A stretch of DNA of 64,000 nucleotides. It comes from an uncultured Candidatus Saccharibacteria bacterium (GTDB lineage: Bacteria > Patescibacteriota > Minisyncoccia > Phycocordibacterales > CAIZLB01). The stretch's first letter is position 1. Each line of letters begins with the position of its first letter. The notes beneath the pieces were generated by a model, which had not been told where the DNA came from, did no database searches, and saw only the letters and a list, made by a program, of their open reading frames with translations. The position numbers were made by a program, and so were the translations under genes. The stretch is from contig CAYXQC010000002.1 of NCBI GenBank assembly GCA_964467385.1, positions 65,625 through 129,624 on the forward strand, given 5' to 3'. This document shows positions 58,646 to 64,000 of the stretch, piece by piece.

Positions 58646-58765
58646 AACAAGGCAGTATTGAGGCTGTATTTTCGACTTATCCACAAGATTGCAAAAAAGT
58701 TTTAAAAATTATCCACAAAAAAACACCGAGGCTAGTACTTCCCCGGTGAGTTTTCCACAAGTTTG
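58598..58765 (+). promoter_or_regulatory. Array of four same-orientation DnaA-box-like motifs (TTATCCACA x3, TTTTCCACA x1)
   Basis: TTATCCACA at 58602..58610, 58677..58685 and 58709..58717, and TTTTCCACAAGTTTGT at 58751. Two copies share the extended CCACAAGTTTGT. The array spans the 3' end of comEC-N and the convergent spacer to sod. Confidence 0.4.
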
Positions 58766-58803
58766 TGCGAGTTACTCTGCACAATTCTACATTCGAAAAT
58801 GTG

Positions 58804-59385
58804 CTATGTAACTCGGTTCTCTACCACACTCCAGTTCAAGTTTTTGAAGAATGCTTCAATGTATTTTTTCTTTTCTGATGGTGGAACATCGAGCATATAT
58901 GAGTGTTCCCACATGTCGAGTGCAAGGATGACTTTGAGGGAAGTGAGATGTCCGAGATGCTGTTCGTCGACCCATACATTCAGAAGTTTGTCCGATACGG
59001 GATCGTAATACAGAATCGCCCAACCGATTCCTCGCGTCATCGCGAGCTGTTTGAAAGATGTAACCCATGTTTCAAAAGATCCAAAATCGGCAACGATTTT
59101 CTGAACTAACTTTGAGCTAGAATCGCTGTCTTTTTGACCTCCAATAAATTGCTCAAAATAGTACTCATGATTTCTCATGCCATCAAATTCAAACCCAAAT
59201 CTTCGACGAAGTTCACCGATGGTATATGCATTTTTGTCAGCATCAACTTGAAGCTCTGAAATTTTTTCAAGAATTAAATTCGCGTGCTTCACGTATCCTG
59301 CATACAACTTCATGTGCTCATCGATTGTTCGCTGACTGATATCGACTAATTGCCCGATTTCGAATTTCTGTTCTGTAAAACTCAT
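58804..59385 (-). CDS. sodA: Fe/Mn superoxide dismutase
   Basis: Metal ligand context (HMKLYAGYVKHAN, DMWEHSYMLD) and SOD length. Confidence 0.85.
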   Translation of the reverse strand: MSFTEQKFEIGQLVDISQRTIDEHMKLYAGYVKHANLILEKISELQVDADKNAYTIGELRRRFGFEFDGMRNHEYYFEQFIGGQKDSDSSSKLVQKIVADFGSFETWVTSFKQLAMTRGIGWAILYYDPVSDKLLNVWVDEQHLGHLTSLKVILALDMWEHSYMLDVPPSEKKKYIEAFFKNLNWSVVENRVT

Positions 59386-59430
59386 AAAGATAATAGATAA
59401 AAATAAGCTAATAATGAATTAATAATACCA

Positions 59431-60627
59431 ATGAAGAATAATGAAAACCAGCCAATAAACCATGTGTCCAATACGACTTATATGACGCGCCAAGTATACC
59501 ATGATGACCAATTTTTTAAATCAGCTTTTTTCTGGGTTTGTGCTTTTACCTTTATTGCTTTTTTGATTAATCTGTTTATATTTTGGTCTGTATTTTTTGA
59601 GTTGTCCGCAAATTTTTTAGAGCAAAATGATTCGGTACAGTTTTACGCACTAAATGTCGGACAAGGTGATGCTTTGTATTTTGAATTTCCGAGCGGTCAA
59701 TCACTACTTATTGATAGTGGAAATAAGGATAAAAAAGTTATCGAAGAATTATCAAAAGTTAAACATATTTTTGATAAAGAAATTGATGTCGTACTTATTA
59801 CACATGCTGATGCGGATCATATTGGTTCTATGGAATCAGTGATTGATAGATTTAGTCCAAAATTATTTTTGCATTCTGGCGTGGCTGGAAAAAGTACAAT
59901 GTATAAGAACTTGATGGGGCGAGCTAATAGTCTTGAAGCGAGTTCTTCATCATCTGCACAAAAAATAAATTTGCAAAATAATATTAAAAGTATTCCACTC
60001 TATGATGGAATGATTATTAGATTTAAAAATTTTATTGAATCTGTAGATTTGCATGGGCCAACGCTTGAAATTTTGCACCCAAATTTTTCGCCAAGGATTG
60101 ATAGATACATTGAGTGCATGAAAGATGTTTCATCTACATCGCCTAAATCACAAAAAAATTCTTCAAAACAAAAAGTAGCAAAAACAAACGCAAAAACAAA
60201 AAAGTGTAATTCTTTGCTTCAATTCGAAACAAACGAATATTCTGTCGTCGCACGACTTGTATACGGATCGAGCTCGATTATGTTAACTGGTGATGCGAGT
60301 GTTGAAAGCGAAAAAGATATTATGCAAAATCATCCACCTGCTGATCTTGCTGCAACTGTACTAAAAGTCGGACACCATGGTTCGAAAACCTCTACCTCTC
60401 AAGGTTTTATTGATTTAGTTCAACCTAAATACGTAGTGGTATCAGTTGGTGAACAAAATAGGTACGGACATCCAAGCCAAGATGTACTTGGTCGTATCAC
60501 TGATTATTTTGGTGGCACATCTCATGGTGAGAGTATGGACGGAATCTATACAGATCGAATACTTAGGACTGATATAGAAAACACCATCCATTTTGTGTTG
60601 GATGGTGTTTTCGCTAAGCGTCGTTAG
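59431..60627 (+). CDS. ComEC-type metallo-beta-lactamase domain protein with an N-terminal TM anchor (C-terminal half of a split ComEC)
   Basis: FYALNVGQGDALYFE..LLIDSG and HADADHIGS metallo-beta-lactamase motifs, HHGSKTS and the RYGHPS ComEC C-terminal signature. Confidence 0.7.
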   Translation: MKNNENQPINHVSNTTYMTRQVYHDDQFFKSAFFWVCAFTFIAFLINLFIFWSVFFELSANFLEQNDSVQFYALNVGQGDALYFEFPSGQSLLIDSGNKDKKVIEELSKVKHIFDKEIDVVLITHADADHIGSMESVIDRFSPKLFLHSGVAGKSTMYKNLMGRANSLEASSSSSAQKINLQNNIKSIPLYDGMIIRFKNFIESVDLHGPTLEILHPNFSPRIDRYIECMKDVSSTSPKSQKNSSKQKVAKTNAKTKKCNSLLQFETNEYSVVARLVYGSSSIMLTGDASVESEKDIMQNHPPADLAATVLKVGHHGSKTSTSQGFIDLVQPKYVVVSVGEQNRYGHPSQDVLGRITDYFGGTSHGESMDGIYTDRILRTDIENTIHFVLDGVFAKRR

Positions 60628-60633
60628 TTTTAC

Positions 60634-60876
60634 TTAGATCAGCCCTGCTTTCTTGAGTGTTGCAAACGCACCATTCTTTTGGATAGTCTTGATCGCCTTT
60701 GTCGAAATAGTCAAAGTTACAAACTTCTTAAGTTCAGGAATGTAAATTCGCTTCTTCTGGAGGTTAGGGTACTTTCGAGTCATGCCAGTTGGGTTAAACT
60801 TAGTCGCACGAGTTCGGTTTGAATAACCGCCTGAAAGTCGAGAACCTTTTTTAGTGATTGCGCATACTTTTGCCAT
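60634..60876 (-). CDS. rpmB: 50S ribosomal protein L28
   Basis: MAKVCAITKKGSRLSGGYSNRTRATKFNPT... is L28-like. The ORF-track start four codons upstream is probably over-extended. Confidence 0.85.
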   Translation of the reverse strand: MAKVCAITKKGSRLSGGYSNRTRATKFNPTGMTRKYPNLQKKRIYIPELKKFVTLTISTKAIKTIQKNGAFATLKKAGLI

Positions 60877-60924
60877 ATGTTCGATCATGCTATCATATTT
60901 TTTATATTTAGCAAATAAATCAAC

Positions 60925-61530
60925 ATGAGTTCACTCTTCAGTCTAGCTATCCTTATATTGTCTATTGTTATTCATGAGGTTTCCCATGGTTTGGCAGCTT
61001 TATGGCAAGGGGACCGGACAGCGCAGTACCAGGGAAGACTTACTTTAAACCCTATTAAGCATATCGACCCTATTGGTTCGATCATTGTACCTCTTCTTTG
61101 TGCGCTTTTACCTGGAAGTCTTATGTTTGGGTGGGCAAAACCTGTTCCATATAATCCTTATAATCTTAAAAACGGCCGAACAAGCGAGTTTTTAGTGGCT
61201 TTTGCGGGACCACTCTCAAATATCCTCGTAGCTGGTCTTGCTTCTATTGTTCTCAGAGCCTTTGCTGACACTTTGCCGGCAGCAACTATGGCTATTATTG
61301 CCACTTTGGTCCTTATTAACCTTGTCTTGGCTATCTTTAACTTGGTACCTTTGCCACCTCTTGATGGTTCTAAGATACTTAGTAACCTTCTCCCTCACAA
61401 TTTAAGCCATAAATTAGAAGGCTTTTACTCTACATATGGTCTATTTGCCACTCTTATTTTTATCTTCTTTATTTGGCAATATTTTGTGCCAATTGTAGGT
61501 CTTGTCTTCCGACTTTTTGTAGGAGCTTAA
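60925..61530 (+). CDS. Small M50-family (site-2-protease-like) membrane zinc metalloprotease
   Basis: HEVSHG HExxH motif in the first TM helix, polytopic, with a downstream LPPLDG motif (LDG). Confidence 0.65.
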   Translation: MSSLFSLAILILSIVIHEVSHGLAALWQGDRTAQYQGRLTLNPIKHIDPIGSIIVPLLCALLPGSLMFGWAKPVPYNPYNLKNGRTSEFLVAFAGPLSNILVAGLASIVLRAFADTLPAATMAIIATLVLINLVLAIFNLVPLPPLDGSKILSNLLPHNLSHKLEGFYSTYGLFATLIFIFFIWQYFVPIVGLVFRLFVGA

Positions 61531-61714
61531 ATTAGCTCAAGCTCGGTTTGAGGTCGGAGTTCGTCCTAGAATAGCTTGCCTTAATACTATATATATAGTA
61601 ATCTTTTCCCTAAGTGCTTTTTCAAGGCATTTTCTTTTTCGCTGATATTCGTGCGGAACACGGGTCTTTAGCAAAATTGACATTAATTATCAATAACTAA
61701 GTTACAAAAGGCAT

Positions 61715-62131
61715 ATGCCTACACTTAATCAACTTGTAAAACGAAATCGATCTAAGACACGACGAAAGAGCAAAGCGATCGCTTTGACTCGAGGTTTCAA
61801 CGTGCTCAAGAACCGACCGGTTTTCTACAATTCACCATTTAAGAAAGGCGTTTGTACAAAAGTTACAACTAAAACTCCTAAGAAGCCTAACTCAGCGATT
61901 CGAAAGATTGCCCGAGTTCGACTTACAAACGGTATGGAAGTAACAGCGTATATTCCAGGCGAAGGACACAACTTGCAGGAACACTCAGTAGTTATGCTAC
62001 GAGGTGGTCGTGTAAAAGACGTAGGTGTCCGATATACAATTGTACGAGGCGTTCTTGACTGTGCTGGTGTAGAAAAGCGACGAAAGGAACGATCTGCATA
62101 CGGTGCTAAGCGACCAAAAGCAGGTAAGTAA
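61715..62131 (+). CDS. rpsL: 30S ribosomal protein S12
   Basis: [14 protein letters not shown]... and the [10 protein letters not shown] signature. Confidence 0.95.
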   Translation: MPTLNQLVKRNRSKTRRKSKAIALTRGFNVLKNRPVFYNSPFKKGVCTKVTTKTPKKPNSAIRKIARVRLTNGMEVTAYIPGEGHNLQEHSVVMLRGGRVKDVGVRYTIVRGVLDCAGVEKRRKERSAYGAKRPKAGK

Positions 62132-62320
62132 ACCCGATAGCTAAAAAGTAAATAATAGTGCGCAAGAAATTGTCCACTAAAATTTACAAAGGATGGTACT
62201 CCTAAATACCAAAGCAGAGTAAGCTATGCATTGAAGCAAACGCTGAAAACATTCTGCGAATTAACAGAAATTTTCCCAGATTAATGAAACTATAAAAAGT
62301 TTCAAATATTACACAAAAAC

Positions 62321-62791
62321 ATGCGAAGAAAAGTAAAAAATCGAAATATCGCAAAAGCTGATCTCAAGTACAACTCTCTTGAAGTTGGAAAGTTCATCAA
62401 CTATTGCATGTGGAGCGGAAAGAAGACTACAGCCATGGCGCTCGTATACCGAGCATTCGACTCTATTGCTGAAAAAGCAAAGACTGAAAATCCTATGGAA
62501 GTATTCAACACTGCTCTCAAAAATACAGCTCCTGCTGTAGAAGTGCGATCACGACGAGTTGGTGGTGCAAACTACCAGGTTCCTCGAGAGGTACGACCTG
62601 AACGACGACAGTATCTTTCAATGAAATGGATCATTGATGCTGCTCGTGGAAAGAAAGGTATGCCTATGCACGAAAAGCTTGCTGATGAACTTATTGCAGC
62701 TTCAAAGAATGATGGTGAAGCTGTACGAAAGAAGGAGAACACACACAAGATGGCAGAAGCCAACAAGGCGTTTGCTCATTTTGCGTGGTAG
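62321..62791 (+). CDS. rpsG: 30S ribosomal protein S7
   Basis: 156 aa, S7-like throughout (KFINYCMWSGKKTTAMALVYRAF, GGANYQVPREVRPERRQ). Confidence 0.9.
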   Translation: MRRKVKNRNIAKADLKYNSLEVGKFINYCMWSGKKTTAMALVYRAFDSIAEKAKTENPMEVFNTALKNTAPAVEVRSRRVGGANYQVPREVRPERRQYLSMKWIIDAARGKKGMPMHEKLADELIAASKNDGEAVRKKENTHKMAEANKAFAHFAW

Positions 62792-62825
62792 TCTCAAGGT
62801 TATTCAGACCCAAGAAACAAAAGAT

Positions 62826-62848
62826 CGTCCGCGAGGGCGGTTTTTTGT
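62826..62848 (+). terminator. Rho-independent terminator after rpsG
   Basis: CCGCGAGGGCGG hairpin followed by TTTTTTGTTT. Confidence 0.55.
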
Positions 62849-62879
62849 TTGAAAAAATGCTGATATAATCATAGTAGAT

Positions 62880-63107
62880 ATGGACATACGGGAAGACATT
62901 ACTCAGGTTAAGTCTCCATTTGGTTGGTATGGCAAATGGATCGGTGGACTACGTGGTGGGTACGTGGTTTTTCGTGCCAAAGGCGGCGAAGTGTGTCGCA
63001 TTTGGGATGAAAAGCGTGCTGTACAGGTTCTCAAAACAGGTACATGGGAACAAGAGTGGTTGGTCGACGAAGTTTTGAAAAATAAATTTCCGATCAAAAA
63101 TGAATAG
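62880..63107 (+). CDS. Hypothetical small protein
   Basis: 75 aa, Trp/Gly-rich (GWYGKWIGGLRGGYVVFRAKGGEVCRIWD). No recognised family. Confidence 0.3.
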   Translation: MDIREDITQVKSPFGWYGKWIGGLRGGYVVFRAKGGEVCRIWDEKRAVQVLKTGTWEQEWLVDEVLKNKFPIKNE

Positions 63108-63297
63108 CTGTGACTATATTTTCTAAACTTGCCGTCCTCACAGGGGCGGCAAAAACTTTTCATAAAATTATAATGAGTTGACCCGCTCATTTTTTACTGT
63201 ACGATAGCAAATCGGAGGATACGAGATGCTTGCTCTAGGGTTAACCTAATATCTGCTCACTCGAGCGGGTAGGAGTTGGTGATCGTATTATGTTATT

Positions 63298-63996
63298 TTG
63301 ATCAAAAAAAATTACGAAGCTTCAATCGACTCGTTTGCTCGGCTGTTTCTCCTTTGTTTTTTGACGGTGATTTCTGGCATTCCATTGTCATGCACTCTTC
63401 AGGAAAAGATTAATCATGACCTTGGTGTGACAGCTATCATTCCGGCATCTTCAAAGGAGGTGAGACAACTGCCCTCAATTAGGCCCGTACCGTCGTCGGC
63501 TATCGAAACCAATCCGACGTTGGCAGACGATCCTGCACTTGGAAAGATGTACTTTCTGGTTGAACCTGTACGCACTGAAATAAAGACAGAGTATGTTCAA
63601 GAGAGGATTAGGGGTACTCATGAAGTTCGCACTATTCCGTGGGACACTATGTTTATCTTTGCTGAACTCGAACCTCTGAGTCCGGGTGAGAATTTCAGGT
63701 TCTATGATTCAATATCTTCTGATGGGAACATGTACGAGGCGATTCGCTTGTCGGAGTGGTTTCGCGTTGCACCGTCATCAAAAAATGGCGAAAGGTTTTC
63801 AAAGGCGAATATGTTCATTATTCGTGGTTTCAACCGTAATGGAAAATGCATCTACTACCACGAATGGTCGCCGAAAGAAGAAGTTGTCGATTCAAAATCA
63901 GACATAGGACCGCTCGGTAACATTCAAGGTCTTCAGAAACCTGGATTGCCATCCGGTATTACTGTGCCGAAAATGCGTGAGCCTGTGTTTGAATAG
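63298..63996 (+). CDS. Hypothetical lipoprotein
   Basis: Signal peptide with lipobox-like LSC (LLCFLTVISGIPLSC). 232 aa with no recognised domain. Confidence 0.4.
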   Translation: MIKKNYEASIDSFARLFLLCFLTVISGIPLSCTLQEKINHDLGVTAIIPASSKEVRQLPSIRPVPSSAIETNPTLADDPALGKMYFLVEPVRTEIKTEYVQERIRGTHEVRTIPWDTMFIFAELEPLSPGENFRFYDSISSDGNMYEAIRLSEWFRVAPSSKNGERFSKANMFIIRGFNRNGKCIYYHEWSPKEEVVDSKSDIGPLGNIQGLQKPGLPSGITVPKMREPVFE

Positions 63997-64000
63997 GTTT

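Noticed and set aside
1-64000. CRISPR arrays, transposases or insertion sequences, and phage genes
   Set aside because: I saw no regularly spaced short repeats and no DDE or HUH transposase-like ORF. Apart from the housekeeping xerD, no integrase or phage structural gene is visible. The only mobile-element signal is the tRNA-Gly att-like repeat scar.

Overview
This 64 kb window looks like a small, low-GC, gene-dense bacterial chromosome region with a CPR/Patescibacteria-like gene repertoire, possibly Saccharibacteria-like (my inference, not verified). It includes the chromosomal replication origin. The locus rpmH-rnpA-yidC lies divergent to dnaA-dnaN, and DnaA boxes fill the dnaN-dnaA spacer. 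Next to the origin, a ~13.5 kb minus-strand operon (6168..19742) encodes a Gram-positive-style type IV secretion-like apparatus. Its genes are a VirB4 ATPase, an extra stand-alone VirB4 N-domain paralogue, a PrgI/VirB3-like protein, a VirB6/TrbL-like polytopic membrane protein, a membrane-anchored lytic transglycosylase and several secreted or membrane proteins. No relaxase or VirD4 coupling protein is present in the window. A second envelope machine, a type IV pilus operon (pilB, pilC, three prepilin-like genes and a 608-aa pilin-like giant), lies at 44356..50963. The remainder is housekeeping (see feature list). Other items are four tRNAs (Arg-TCG, Gly-GCC, Pro-TGG, Gly-TCC), degenerate tRNA-Gly 3'-end direct repeats that suggest an integration scar, a dispersed family of strong DnaA-box-like AGTTATCCACA(G/A) motifs including a four-box array near 58.6 kb, a 635-bp non-coding spacer with repeats (30513..31147), and an RNase HI with a C-terminal hybrid-binding-like domain. 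Coordinates for CDSs follow the supplied ORF track. Hand-placed features (tRNAs, rpmH, boxes, repeats) are accurate to about +/-2 nt.
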